Notes: a model not told the origin generated them from the sequence alone. 64,000 nucleotides of DNA from Epiperipatus broadwayi (GCA_028023455.1 JAQFVV010000006.1:11346001-11410000), one strand, 5' to 3'; counted from the first letter of the stretch, positions 1 to 12,911 are shown. Program-made: numbers and translations.

Positions 1-128
1 TTATTAGAAATGTGGTTGCATTAAATTTATCGCTAATTTGAACAATCAAGTTTTAATAACAAATGGAGCACTGCTGTGATATTTAAATAAGAATAATGTT
101 GATATGTTAATGAACATTTATTGTTTCT

Positions 129-170
129 AGAGTACCTGATGAGTGCAAAGCCTGAAACATGTCATGCTAT
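129..170 (+). ncRNA. Decayed minimal type-I hammerhead ribozyme-like motif
   Basis: AGAGTAC-CTGATGA-GTGCAAAGCCT-GAAAC-AT-GTC-ATGCTAT; core intact, stem III palindrome ACATGT, stems I and II imperfect. Confidence 0.5.
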
Positions 171-732
171 GATTAAATGATTTTTTTTTTAGTAATTCAG
201 TACTGTGTAAAAATTTAAAACATCCTCTAGATTGCACATAAAGTTAATAATATTTCAAATAATTCCATATTTATGACAAGTGCAAATATATATATATATA
301 TAAAATAGTACCAATATCAAAATAGATTCAGATTGTACAGAAGTGTCAAAAGAATTGAAGATATGACAGCGTAAGCAAATATTTAAATGGAAAATAAGAG
401 GATTAAAAAATTTAAAAATTTGAAAGAAATAAGATGAAAAATTACTATCTCAGGAAAAGAAAAATAAAGAAAAATCGTCTTTGCGACCAAAAGAATTTTG
501 AAGCTTATATTGCTAAAGATGAAGCCTATAAAAAAAATTTAAATCAATAACTTTTAATTAAAAAAAAATTCCTATAATTTTAACATATTTGATTAGCAAA
601 AGAAATTAAATATATATATGTCAAGTGTTTTCCCTTTTTTTTTATGCGTAAGAATAGTTGAAAGAAAATTTATGTGGAAACAACCAACAGGTTAATAATC
701 ATATTTATTTTCTTCATGGCAATAATACTCTC

Positions 733-865
733 AGCAGTTTGGCGCAGTTGGTAAAGCATCTGATTTGGGATCAGGAGGTCCCAGGATCGATTATGGCACT
801 TGCAGGTCTGCACTCAAACTTACAAACGCCCGAGCAATAAAGCCATATGTGTTCTTTTTTTTTAA
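733..865 (+). mobile_element. tRNA-Arg-derived SINE copy
   Basis: Head TGGCGCAGTTGGTAAAGCATCTGATTTGGGATCAGGAGGTCCCAGGATCGA aligns with eukaryotic tRNA-Arg (TCTGA...GGATCAG arm); shares the body GCACTTG...AATAAAGCCATATG with the copy at 24206. Confidence 0.65.
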
Positions 866-1459
866 TGGCAATAATGACTGGATTCTAAAGGAGTGAACTG
901 GATGTAATTTAGACAACTAAAAATTTACATTGATGCAACGTTATGCCCCAACTTTTTTAGTCTCTTGTTGATCATTTCCACATGAATAGTCTCCTGCCCA
1001 TTTTTACACACGGAAAAGCCTGAAAAACACGTTACATCTTTTACTCATTAAAATATTTATGTTAATATACGGCCAATTAATAAACCAGTAGAATATCCAC
1101 AATTTGCTGTTAAGGCAATCTCTATCTTTTATCTTTAGAAGTTGCTACGACAATAGATTGTGGATATTCTGTCAGTTTATTAAATTTTAGAAAAAATCAT
1201 GTGAATTACATTTGGAAACTAATTAGCTGTTGGCAATTTATGGGTTAATTAATATATTTCTGACAGTTACTTGTACTTATTTTAGTGCATATTTCACATT
1301 AACTTAATCCTATCACAATCACCCATCACAACCCAGAAGTCAGACCAACCTCTCTCGCAGACTTGATACATTTTTCGAAATGCCCAGTTCACTTCTTTTT
1401 TCAAGTGAATAAGACATACAAAACTCATATTATATATATATTTTTAAGTACATATTCAC

Positions 1460-1708
1460 TATAAATATAATTTATTTACTACTTTGAACACTTTTTAGCA
1501 AACAACTTTTATTGTATGTATATGCATACACAATCTTATGTTTCGACTGTCTTGCAGTCTTCTTCGGAGCCACATTTATTTTAAATTTTTTAATGTGGCT
1601 CTGAAGAAGACTGCAGGACAGTCGAAATGTAAGATTGTGTATGCATATAGGTACAATAAAAGATGTTTACTAAAAAGTGTTCATAATAGTGGATAAAATA
1701 CATTTATA
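1460..1708. repeat. Foldback element, ~115-bp inverted arms, each with a hammerhead-like core
   Basis: The left arm reverse-complements the right arm. The right arm reads CTGAAGA-A-GACTG-CAGGA-CAGTC-GAAA. Confidence 0.85.
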
Positions 1709-1859
1709 TAAGATATTACAGCAAAATAAAGGAAGTGGTGCATTTGGTAATACTACATATTCACTATGTTTTTTTCTTAGAAATACTTAATTTGGTATGC
1801 ATTTTTTATATATTTCAAATGTTTATTTTATCACAATATCCTGAAACATATAACTAAAG

Positions 1860-1990
1860 ATATGTGGAAGAGATAAATGATCCCCAAGATGTGCATTTCA
1901 CGCTGAACCAGTACTTATCAGTTGGTCCAGATTATAATCTCCTACATATACATAGATAGCAAATTACTATAATTTGACTGACAAGCTTCA
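1860..1990 (-). mobile_element. Penelope-like element 3' repeat remnant (family F1) with decayed hammerhead at 1883-1926
   Basis: Homologous to 28100-28720 and 62089-63077; minus strand GACCAA-CTGATAA-GTACTG-GTT-CAGCGT-GAAA-TGCACA-TC-TTGG. Confidence 0.65.
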
Positions 1991-2419
1991 AATTTTCTAC
2001 ACTCACAACTTTAACACCAATCACTTTATAGATATATATTAATAGCTTTTACTAATCATTCATTAAACTAGATATTATCTCTAGCCCAGATATACTCTTT
2101 AATTTTCAGTTAATTAATTAATTAATTAATAATACGGGTAGTTAAAGTTAGTTTAATACTAGTAAGTGTACTAATTAGTTGAGTTATTTTGAACATATAT
2201 CTTTAAAATGCACATATTTGTGATACTTTGAACATTTTCAATACTATTATTCATACAAGGTTATTTATCTGCATCCATATTTTATTCATTATTTCTTTTT
2301 ACTTTCTTTCTTTTAATTCAATTTTGTTCAGTAGGCTGTTTTAATAAAATAATATTATCTATACTAAATATCAAAAGCAAGAGATAATATTACCTGAGTT
2401 TTAGAATATCATGTAGGAA

Positions 2420-3470
2420 CATATATATAAATGCAGAACTATAACGAGACAGGTGCAAACAGAAGCACGGTCAAGGGCCCAGGATGAAGATTTGAAACAG
2501 AACGAATAAAAAATTTGTCAAGTATAATATTTTCAAATTTTACATTTCTTTGCGATGTGCTGCTGTGAGGGTCAGCTTTTGGTAAACGGAGTGCATCAAA
2601 TAGATGCCGGTAACAAACTGCTAGCATTTTGACTTGTGTTGCTCAGTCCTTGGAGATTTTTCTCATCAACATCTGAATGACCAAACATATTGATGGGCAC
2701 AATGGGAGAGAATATTGTTGTCATGGTTTATACCATTTTTTACGTTATGACCGCATGTTAAAATATTTGTTATTTGATGACTCTTTACGACCTTTTGCAA
2801 CTTGATAACAAAAGGATTATTACGTTTTTTCATGTTCATATGTTATTTATTAAACAACCAAAATATGTTAATATATTTAAAAGTTATGATGAAAAATCAT
2901 ATCTATCAAATAAGTGATAAATTTTTCGAAATTTTTTTCAATAACAATTGTAATTTTGCTACAATTTTCCATTGCGTAGATATTACAATTTTCTAAATTT
3001 ATAAAACATGCAAAAGATATAGCTCATATATACTATTATTTATTAAAATAATAATAACAGAAAGGCAAATATAGGATCACATTTACATAAAAAGTTATCA
3101 TTGTAATACCCAATCTCTTAAATTTTCAAGAGATTCAATAATTTTCGCGTTTTCAAATTTTTTTTACCAATATAAAATTTTCGCATATTTTTACCGATGT
3201 TCAACGAACTTGCCAAAATTTTTTTTACCAATATAAAATTTTTGCATATTTTTACCGATGTTCAACGAACTTGCCAAACGGAATGCTAGATGTATGCAAA
3301 TGACGTAAGTCATGACATTTACAAATGCACGTGACTGAACTCGAATATTCCTTGGACGCAAAATAGTATAAACAACTATTACATCGTATTTATTTTATTA
3401 CTATTTATCTTTCCCAAAGAAATAAAAAAGTTCAAAAATAAATTTTGAACGGGGCATACGAAAGGCTAGT
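2420..3470. mobile_element. Unclassified decayed transposon-like segment
   Basis: Locally higher GC, stop-riddled coding-like text on the minus strand, internal 61-bp duplication, ends in GGCTAGT (Helitron-like, but no convincing hairpin). Confidence 0.3.
3155..3278. repeat. 61-bp tandem duplication
   Basis: AAATTTTTTTTACCAATATAAAATTTTCGCATATTTTTACCGATGTTCAACGAACTTGCCA occurs twice, nearly identical. Confidence 0.85.
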
Positions 3471-3899
3471 TACGGATCTGTATATATATATACACATATA
3501 TAACTTAAACTTACAAATCCACCTGAATAAATTTTAATTTCAACATGAAAAAAAAAAAATGTAATCGTTCATAATACATTTAACACATCTTTATGGTTAA
3601 ATGGATATACACACAGACATAAATGCAAAAATAAATACACAATCATGCAAGTAGAGATACAAATACAAACATATCATTAAAATGGGTAATCAACAATATC
3701 TATGTAATGCACCATACTTATGATTCTGCATGTTATATTTAACAAGTACATTAACCCAAAAATACAGAATATATTGTATATGTCCATTATTTTATAAGTA
3801 TTGTCCTTAATATCCCTTATTAAAGTAGGTCAATATATACAATTAGTGATATAAAAAATAAGCCATAGCTTATTAAATAATATACAAGATGTAAATCTC

Positions 3900-4088
3900 T
3901 CATGAGATTATTTCTTCACCTTTGATAATTCGTTCAGTATTATTTCGATCTTCTTCTATGTGGGATGCCGTAATGAGAAAACAGATACCACCAAAGATCG
4001 CCACAAACCCTGTAGTGAATAATGCATACTGCATGCCAGTAAATGCTTGATAAGAATTTGGATTTGATCCAGCAATAGCATCAGATAA
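3900..4088 (-). CDS. spin: Spinster last-TM exon, read through to the first stop (an internal donor at 3920 is possible)
   Basis: LSDAIAGSNPNSYQAFTGMQYALFTTGFVAIFGGICFLITASHIEEDRNNTERIIKGEEIIS*; TTTTTCAG acceptor; follows YLIGV as in the family motif YLIGxxSD. Confidence 0.92.
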   Translation of the reverse strand, partial: LSDAIAGSNPNSYQAFTGMQYALFTTGFVAIFGGICFLITASHIEEDRNNTERIIKGEEIIS

Positions 4089-4204
4089 CTGAAAAATATA
4101 TATATACAAGTAGTCAAAAAAGATTCATAAAGAGTGATACAAGACAATATCATAATTTATCATTTTTATAAAACGTAACATATTTAAATATAACACAGGC
4201 AAAA

Positions 4205-4335
4205 CTCTCCATGCAGTAGTGCCACTCAGTGCCAACCAGAGTAATCAATGGATGCCAGAAGGTTTGTGCATAAAATCCCTATCTAGTGCCTACTCATCCA
4301 ATATCCCCAGATTAGTTTCTGGCTTGTGGAGAGTT
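4205..4335 (-). mobile_element. Interspersed repeat family F2 (PLE-type, hammerhead-bearing), partial copy
   Basis: GCAGTAGTGCCACTCAGTGC...GATGCCAGAAGG...TAGTGCCTACTCA also occurs at 9290, 22998, 38540 and inverted at 38850. Confidence 0.75.
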
Positions 4336-6224
4336 TTCCCTGTGTTAATAACAGTTATGTGCTAACATAAAAAATGGTGATCATGTGATATTTAAATATA
4401 AAAACATAAATTATAACTATATAGTAACTGAATAATAAACTTATACTAACACACTTTCTATTTAGCTAAAAATAAAACTAATATCAATAAGTACATCTTA
4501 GTTTCATATATATACTGTAACCGAAAAGATAGAGACTAAACAGACTAATAAGGATTATACGCAAAGTCAATGTGACTATGACCACAACACAAATAAATCA
4601 GGCAGTCGGGACAATCGACCGCAACCCAAAAACTGACTGAATGCCAAATATGTTGTGCAAACCAAATATACAGCTACCTAAAAGAGGCCAACAAATGACA
4701 CTAACAACTCACAAAAGCCACCAAAATAATAATATAGCTAAATAATAACCTTATATTGGCTAAGCTCAGAAGGGTTTTGAGTAATGGCATATGATATAAT
4801 ACCAAGAGTAAGGGTAAATAATAATAATCATCATTATTAAGATAAAGGTAATATATTGGCAAATTAAGAGGAGACTTCTTATATTCACTCTTTAAAATAT
4901 AATGGCTCTTGATCTTGAAAGGCTATGTCATTAAAAGGTTAGGTTACTTTAAAATTTTTCTCTTCACAACACCTCTTTCAACCTGAATAAGCATCCTATT
5001 ATTATGACCAGATTTACGATTAAATTATTCTATAAAATAGAAACAGGTATTCTTATACCTTTGCCACATAATTTCTTCTTTAATTTATTCTTAGATAAAA
5101 TAATTTCTTTAATAATCTGCTATGTAAAATGCGTATCTCAAGGTTCATGTTAATATTTAATAATTATAAACTTTATTCTTCTCTATTAATTCTTGAAGAC
5201 TATTAAACAAAGAATGAAATCTTAGTAGCAAAGCAGTGAGACTTCCTCGTACCCTAAGATAATGTCTCCCTAAATTACAATAATAATAATAATTTTAAAA
5301 TAAATATGAAAAACTTTTAATTTAGAATCAAAAAAGCATTCAGATATAATGAGTGAATAAGGGATTTTATGGCCACTCAAATCGTTTGTAAATACTTTCT
5401 GAATTTAAACCCAGCAATTCTACCAGTTGAATTTATGACGAATCAATAAAATAATCTTGTAATTAGAATAAAATGATTTCAAAACAAGCGTAGTGATCTT
5501 TCACAAATAAAATAAGTAATCTCCAATAATGAATAAATCGTTATAATTATTTTAATAAATAAAATTATCTCTTTCTTAGATGCTCTCTTAACATCTTAGA
5601 TGCAATTTTAATAAAGTGACTTATATCAAATTTGATGCATAAAATAACAGACAATTTATATTAAGTTTTATAATATTTTGATTTCTAAATGTGTGTGACT
5701 GATAATAAACCAAGAAAATAAATGAACAATAAAATCATAGATTTTAACATTAAGACATTTAAAAAAACAATAAGTTTAGATCTTCAGATACCTTAAGCAA
5801 AAAAAACTAAAATAGAGGAAAAAGGAAAAATTATAGTTTATAAATTAAAATGAATAAATAAAGGGAAAAAAAATATTGGTTGGTTAATGAAACCTTCTAC
5901 AATATTGATATTTGAATAAGTTCTTTCATTTTTTTACAGAACTGTCTCACTATTATAATGTCCCTTATGAATGTATTTAATACCTTTTATAAACTACAAA
6001 CTTACCAATCCACGTGGTAATATGGTTGTTGAAGAAGATGTACTCTATATTGAAGCCCCACATACAATTTAAAAATTTTATATATTAAATACTTATCAGA
6101 TTTACATCTTGAAGTGCTGATAAAGCACCGCAACAAGACCTACACATCAAACAGACAACCTACAGTCAGATATAGTAAGAGAGCAACTGAAGGTAAAGGG
6201 TGGCAATTCCTCAATAACCATGAA

Positions 6225-6417
6225 AAATTATTCTAATACTTTAGATTTTCATAATAATTTTACTGGTCATGTTTGCGAAGGCAGAATGCTGTAGTTGTGA
6301 TTTTTTAATATGTCATTCTGCCATCGTAAACACACACCCTCCTGAAAGATACGGCATTCTGCCATCATTAAAATAGCCAGCAAAATTATTATAAAAATCT
6401 AAAGTGCTACAATAATT
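6225..6417. mobile_element. MITE-like element with ~40-bp imperfect terminal inverted repeats
   Basis: AATTATTCTAATACTTTAGATTTTCATAATAATTTTACTGG versus CCAGCAAAATTATTATAAAAATCTAAAGTGCTACAATAATT. Confidence 0.55.
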
Positions 6418-8479
6418 CTAAAAGTTAGAACAATTATGGCTTGTTCTGTTGATAGAAAATTCCAAATTTTTACATTTCGAAAAATTAAATGCAAAAAACG
6501 AATTATAAAAAAACTGACAATAATTGTAGCGATGTATTTTAAGAATTTAATTGTAGATACATGTTAACCATTTGCCATGTGGTAAGTGTTCACTATGTGT
6601 TAATGTTTGGACACTAAAATGTATCTGAATTTTTAAAAATTAATAATGAATTTAGAATACATTTGCTAATATGTTTTAAACTTAACAAACTACACGTTTG
6701 ACAAAATAATTTGGAGGGAAAAAATGTAAACAATTACCTTGCCCCTAAAAATGTTTTATTTAATATAAAATGGCTGGCAAGCTTCTAGCAGGGATTCTAT
6801 ATAAGAACTGAATCATTTAAAACATGTTAAATGTACAGAGTGGCAATAAAGCACGGCGGCGGTGGTGCTTCATTGAAATTTTGTGTTCTTTTAATTACAA
6901 GCATGATGTCAACAGAAATCCCAGCATTCATTGCATTTTTCAATTTTCTTTCTAATGGTATCCATTATGCTAAAATCTGAAAAAAAATTGGATTTTTTAT
7001 GAATATTTTTGTGGATAGGTTCGTTTAATTTTTTCATTTTTTCCTCAATTTACTAGTTTTCATGGAAAAGATAAAGGCAGAAATTGTTAAACAGCCAAAG
7101 AGTCTACTAAAATGAATTAAAAATGCGCTGATAATTTACATTTCAAGGACTTCAAAATGTAATCAGAATATCGGGTTGTAAGTATTAAAACTTTTTATTT
7201 TTTAATTATTTGAATAGTACATTTTTAAAAATTATTTGATAAATGGTATGTTTGCGTTTGTATTGCTTATATATCATTTATGCTCTTTATTATATAAAAA
7301 TCAATTTAAACATTTGTATTCAAATACAACAAAAGTAGTTTATGTAATTTTGAGGCTCTGATCTAAATTTAGGCAATCTTATTTTCTAAACATAATGATG
7401 ACTATGTTTATATATTACTGTCTTTGTTTTTGTAATTGCAGGTTTTTGTTTATATAACAAGTAATGTCTATATATATAAAATTAAGGTATTATAGAGCAG
7501 TATAATGTAAATTTTAGGACTGATTACCAAATATACAAAAATTTGCAGTTGACAAAGCAATCACAAAATTTACTGGGCATAGTACCATGTAAAAATATAA
7601 ACAGTAAAACCCAACAAAAAGAGAGTTCAAATGGTGGGTGTGTGGAGATAACAACAATAGTTATGTATATACCAAATAAAATTGTATGCAGGCAAAGAAT
7701 CAAATTCTGATTCTTGCCCATGTCTTGGTACTTATGCTGTGGAGTCAATAGTTTTTGCCACATCTTGCATCACATTTTTTCAATTCTACAGCTAGCAAAT
7801 GAGGTATATGCAAATAAATTATATCTCTGTGGGACAATAAATATAACAAGATAGCATCACTGGTATGCATAAAGAATATAAACATCACTGATGTGCATAA
7901 AAAATATAAAATGAAGAGATGAAACTCATTTTATCAGTGATACAGACAGTAGCCTACAATTTCTAGTTTTAGATAGACAAGAAGCCAATTGCTATGATGA
8001 CAAATGCATCTCCATCTTCTAGAAATGATTTATTTTGTATCTTTTGTTAGCTTGAAACTTTTTCTTATAGACACCTTTGAGATTTGGTAACTTTTGGGGT
8101 ACACGATAAAAATGAAGAATTCATATGCGACTTATTTTGGAGATTCTGAAGCTATGGATTATCTCAGGTAAGGAGTAGTATATATAGTTTGAAAGATAAT
8201 TTTGTGAGGAATACAAAGAAATTATCAATGAAGATGCAATTTAAAATTAGTTAATGATAAATTAGAAATTATGAACAAATAATAAAATAATAATTATGTC
8301 GGATGTTGAAATTTCTTTTTTTTCCTTATTTTTTAAATGGTTATCATTATTTATCTTAGCCTTATTGTTTTCCTTAGTTTTTCTAATTTCTATCAATGTA
8401 AAGCTTTTTGCTCTAACATTATTAAAACTGAAGTTATTGTGAAAATTGTGTCTCAAGCCAGTTTTTTAAAAATTCAGTA

Positions 8480-9170
8480 TGGGACCTGGACATTAAACAA
8501 GTTAAATAAACCTATAAATAACATTTACATCAATGCTAATCTAATTTGTTAGGTAAAAGACACCTTTTATCTGACCTTCAGTTTGTTATATAGTAATAAA
8601 TCAAGCACTGACATTTCGAAAAGGCTGACACTTTTTATTTGTGATTTTTGTTTTTAAATTAAACAAGCAAGATTGCCGTTTCAAATATTAATTTAGATGA
8701 AATTCTATTTATTTTAAATGAGTATGTATAATAATTTTATAGCTTATTAAATAGATAATGCTAAGAATATAAACCTACTTCAAGGAACGAATAGTTCCAC
8801 GTGTTACTAAGACAATCTACAAGCAAGATCTTCCACAAATCATTTAAATGAAGCTGCAAATCAATACCAATCTATTTTGTCAGATATTTTATCTAACCTT
8901 CCGTTTGTTTCATAGTAATAAATCAAGCGCTGATACTTCGAAAAATTGCGGCAATTTTTAAATTAATCAAGCCAGCTTACAATTTCAAATATCAATTCAG
9001 ATGAAATACCACTGATCTTTAATGAGCACATAAATTATATGGCTTATTATTATGTAATGCTAAGACTATATACCTACTTCATGAAACAAGTAAGTCTGAA
9101 TACGTTAGTATGACAATTTACAAGCAAAATATCCAAAGAATCATTTAAATAAACCTGTAAATAACATACA
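8480..9170. repeat. Tandem pair (~330 bp) of an AT-rich interspersed repeat
   Basis: AATCATTTAAAT(G/A)AA..., ATCTATTTTGTCAGATA and GTTTGTTxxATAGTAATAAATCAAGC recur; related text at about 43190-43680 and 45290-45560. Confidence 0.6.
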
Positions 9171-9289
9171 CCATTTGTTATATCAATGCATTCTCATATC
9201 AATGTAACCCATTGTTTTTTCATTTTATTAGTGAATTACACTGTCATCAAAGGATGGTGTTTGTGAATTTATTAAAACAGCAGTTAACT

Positions 9290-9480
9290 CTCCAATACAG
9301 TAGTGCCACCCAGTGCCTTAGTAATTAATGAATGCAAGAAGGTTTGTGCATAAAATACCTATCTAGGGCGCACTCAGCCAATTTCCCAAGACTGTTTTCT
9401 AACTTGTGGCTTTCATCAATGAGGACCCTTGAATCTGAGAGTACTGCACATAGACCTTAAGATTTAATGCAAACTCTCCT
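9290..9480 (-). mobile_element. Family F2 copy
   Basis: Homology to 4205, 22998 and 38850; minus strand CCTCA-TTGATGA-AAGCCACAAGTTA-GAAAAC-AGTC. Confidence 0.7.
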
Positions 9481-10207
9481 GCAGCCATCTTTTATTTATT
9501 TGGTTATCTATAAAGCTATGGGTCCAAGATGAAAAAACAATGTTTTCAATCCAAGCTCATTTGCTTGTATAGCACATGGTTCTGAACCTAGTTCAGTATC
9601 TATACACTTGGATGTCTTTGGTTTCTCAAAAACCACAGTCACCACGATTCTATGGGATATAAACCCACTAAAACATCACATGTGAAACATATATATTTAA
9701 ACTACATCACTAAATAATTTTAACCAACCAGGCCAATAATACATAATAATCGAATGCTTTACTAGACAGAAGTTCATATCGAAGTTTACAGATTGGAAGT
9801 GACATAACCGAGTTGCAATATGTGGACATTGAATTCTGGAGTCCGCAACTGTATCACTACAATACTCCACACAGGGCAATCCAGCCAATGAATGTGCTTG
9901 TACACAAGAATTTGAAAGCTTGATGTATTGATAGAGTTTAAAATTAATTCGCAGAAGTAGTTTATTTATTTAAACTCCAGTTTAGAGGTATGCCATGTTT
10001 GGTTTTTATTTAATGTGGGTTATTAATCTTCAATTAATTTCTCTACTTGTGCTGTTTGAACTATGTCTTAAGTGTTTTCATTATAATATAATAAGATGTA
10101 ATGTTTGCAATACCATATAATTTATTTATGGTTTAAAACATAAACAGTTTTGGTTTAAAACATAAACAGTCTTATAAGGGTAAAAGGTTAGTTATAATAA
10201 GAAGTTT

Positions 10208-10395
10208 GTAATATTTATTGAGGCTATAACCTCGGTAATATGCGTGTAAAATGTGATAGTAGGGACCTCTACAAGTGTTTAACCACAAGCTTACGCTATG
10301 GAAGAAAAGAGGGGTGTGGTTAAAACACCTGTAGAGGTCCCTACTATCGCATTTTACACGCATATTATCGAGGTTATAGCCTCAATAAATATTAC
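10208..10395. mobile_element. MITE / hairpin element with ~80-bp near-perfect inverted arms
   Basis: GTAATATTTATTGAGGCTATAACCTCG...GGGACCTCTACA is mirrored by TGTAGAGGTCCC...CGAGGTTATAGCCTCAATAAATATTAC. Confidence 0.85.
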
Positions 10396-10660
10396 TTATG
10401 TAATCAATGTGCGTTTAATAAATTTATAATAAGAAATTTGATAATTATAAGTAGCCCAATTATTGAAGAGTGTTATAGACTCAGAAGCAATTAATCTAGA
10501 GAGTAATAGCCTGAACTTTTATAGTATACAGTTTTTTGAAAGTTTAATTTAATCGATTAAATCATTCGCTGGATTGTTTCAAATTATTCAAGGTGCAGTT
10601 TATTTATTTAAATTCCAGTTTAATAGATGTGTTTTGGTTGGGTGTATAAATACATGTGTG

Positions 10661-11530
10661 TGAGGTATAACAATTTAATAGGTGGTGTCATCCATGACCT
10701 AATTGTATTAAAATCACAAGAGTACTCGTGTGTGAACATGTTTAGGGTGTAAATTTTAAGCTGATAGAGCTAATCGTTAGTTAGCTATTGAGTCAACGAT
10801 AAATAACTGTGGGTATGCTTTGCGGTAACAATGGATGATCGAAATTTTGAGCAATATATTAGTATCAAATTTTGTGTGAAAATGGCAAAGGTTCTACTGA
10901 AACATTACAACTGTTGCAAGTGGCACATGGTGAAGATGCTATGAAGAAATCGAGTGTATTTGAGTAGCGTAAGAGGTTCAAAGATGGGCGAGAAGATGTG
11001 ACGGATGATCACAAACAGCCAAAAACAACAATGACTGACATTAATATTAACAAAGTGTAAGATGTAATATGATCCGATAGATGATTAAATGTCAGAGCTG
11101 AAGAATTGTAGATTAATTGAGAAACAGAAAAATTTTAAATAAAGAAGTAGGCACAAGAAAGATTTCTGCAAAATTTGTGCCTCAGATCTTGACGGATAAA
11201 CAAAGATTTTTGGCAAAAAGTCAATTCTACAACTAGACCATCCTACATATTCACCTGACATAGCTCCCTGTAATTTCTGGTTATTTACAAAATTAAAAAC
11301 TGCACTGACAGGATCATTTTCTACTATAACTGATATCCAAAAGAATGAGATACTAGTTCAACAGTATTCTTGAAAATGAATTCCAAGTGTGCTTTCAGAA
11401 ATGAAAATGCCATTTTAATTAGTGTATATTATGCCCAAGAGAACTACTTTGAAAGCAACCTTAGCTACTAGTGAACACATCAACATGTATATTACAATGG
11501 TTCATTCGCGGAATTAAATTGTCACATCAA
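10661..11530 (+). mobile_element. Internally deleted mariner transposon
   Basis: Frameshifted transposase MDDRNFEQYISIKFCVK..GKGSTETLQLLQVAHGEDAMKKSSVFE*RKRFKDGREDV and HPTYSPDIAPCNFWLFTKLK (YSPDLAP motif); imperfect TIRs GAGGTATAACAATTTAAT and ATTAAATTGTCACATC. Confidence 0.88.
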
Positions 11531-12229
11531 AAAAAAAATATATTCTTTAAATGCAAAGTTAAATTAGAAAATAATGTAAACATAGCTACATAAAATAACT
11601 TAAAATTTCTAGCCAGACCACCTAATTTATTTGCTGTGTAACATAAAAAAAGTCAACCAATCAATCTACAAAATATAAATGTTTCAATGCCAACCCATTC
11701 ATCAGTAATCATGAAGAAAAGACTAGTCATATGCATAAATATATCATAAAGCAGTCTTATATATTAAAGCATTATTCATTATGGAAAATAACTGTTTCAT
11801 GGTTTAGTCATGCTTTAATAATTATTTGGCTTGTTTTGATATTTGTAAAAAATGTCACTACTGTATTTACATAGTGTCAGCTGATGATAGATCATGGTTC
11901 TTGAAACTCCTACAGAATAATTGATTTGATATTTTCCATTACATAGTATAGTAATCAAATGAATGATTTAACAGAGTAGTTTGACTGATTAGAAAGTTTA
12001 AATTTTATTAGATGTTGTTGTGTTTCTATATATACAGTGTGCAAGATTTTTGTGGTTAAAAAATGAAATTAAAAAAAGGTTTGAGGGAATAGCATTGTAG
12101 AGGTCTTTAATAATGGAGAAAATTGGTCATGATCAGAATCAAATATATCAGATCGTTGAAAAGCTTTTAAAAAATTGATCCTCAGAAATAAAGACATGGT
12201 TTTAGTTTTTTTCTTCAGATCTAATATGC

Positions 12230-12420
12230 CTTTGAAAGTTGCTGAACATAGAGATGTCATTTTACCTAATTTATTATATGGAACTAATATCAATGTTAAT
12301 CACTTTCTTTATTACTTCTACAATGGATTGTACATTTATTTTATCAGTAACAGTTTCAATTGCCCCAGCAGTCTTCTTCAGATCTTTTTACTCCTAAACT
12401 AGTTTAGGAGTGAAGCAATG
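12230..12420 (-). mobile_element. Family F3 repeat with decayed hammerhead-like core
   Basis: Minus strand CTGAAGA-AGACTG-CTGGG-GCAATT-GAAAC-T-GTT at 12345-12386; flanks homologous to 54590-54740. Confidence 0.55.
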
Positions 12421-12439
12421 TAAGAAAGAAAAGATTAGA

Positions 12440-12860
12440 TTATTATATGGAAATGAGATTTGGACACCCTATCGGGACAATATAAAGGCATTAAAGAAGT
12501 TTCATTTAAAGATGCTCATCATAAAGGCAATCAATATGTTCTTCAATTTTCTGGATGTGATACTATAAAATCACTACTGTAAAATCATACCTTAATTAGA
12601 ACTGGATATATAAAATGAATGGACAATGCATGACTTCGTAAAATCATTTTATGAACTTGCGCATGGCCCTTCTGGGAGAAACAGATCCTGTTTAAATTAT
12701 AAGGATTGTCTTTAAGACATTCTAAAAAAGTGCAATGTCAATTTTTTTCTACGAGGAAGATATCGTAGAGAGAAAAAATTAATAGATTTGGTGAAGTATT
12801 TTAGAAAGATAAGCTTTTTCCTGGAGAAATTAGAAGACAACATCGTAACATATCAAGAAA
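12440..12860 (+). mobile_element. RTE-clade LINE 3' fragment
   Basis: LYGNEIWTPY remnant and decayed RT C-terminal text; homologous to 25050-25600. Confidence 0.6.
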
Positions 12861-12911
12861 CGAAAAATAGACCAGCATGTTCTATATATTTGCGAGTCAC
12901 AGATTGAATAG

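Noticed and set aside
733-800. Apparent bacterial-type tRNA-Pro(TGG) (loop TTTGGGA), suggesting horizontal transfer
   Set aside because: The whole head aligns better with eukaryotic tRNA-Arg (TGGCGCA, TCTGA..GGATCAG, CCAGG.TCGA, TGGCA), the loop differs among sister copies, and it carries a SINE body.
6006-6139. Candidate cassette exon on the minus strand (AG...GTAAGT, open in one frame)
   Set aside because: It is 134 nt, so it would shift the frame between two phase-0 exons; the peptide has no spinster similarity.
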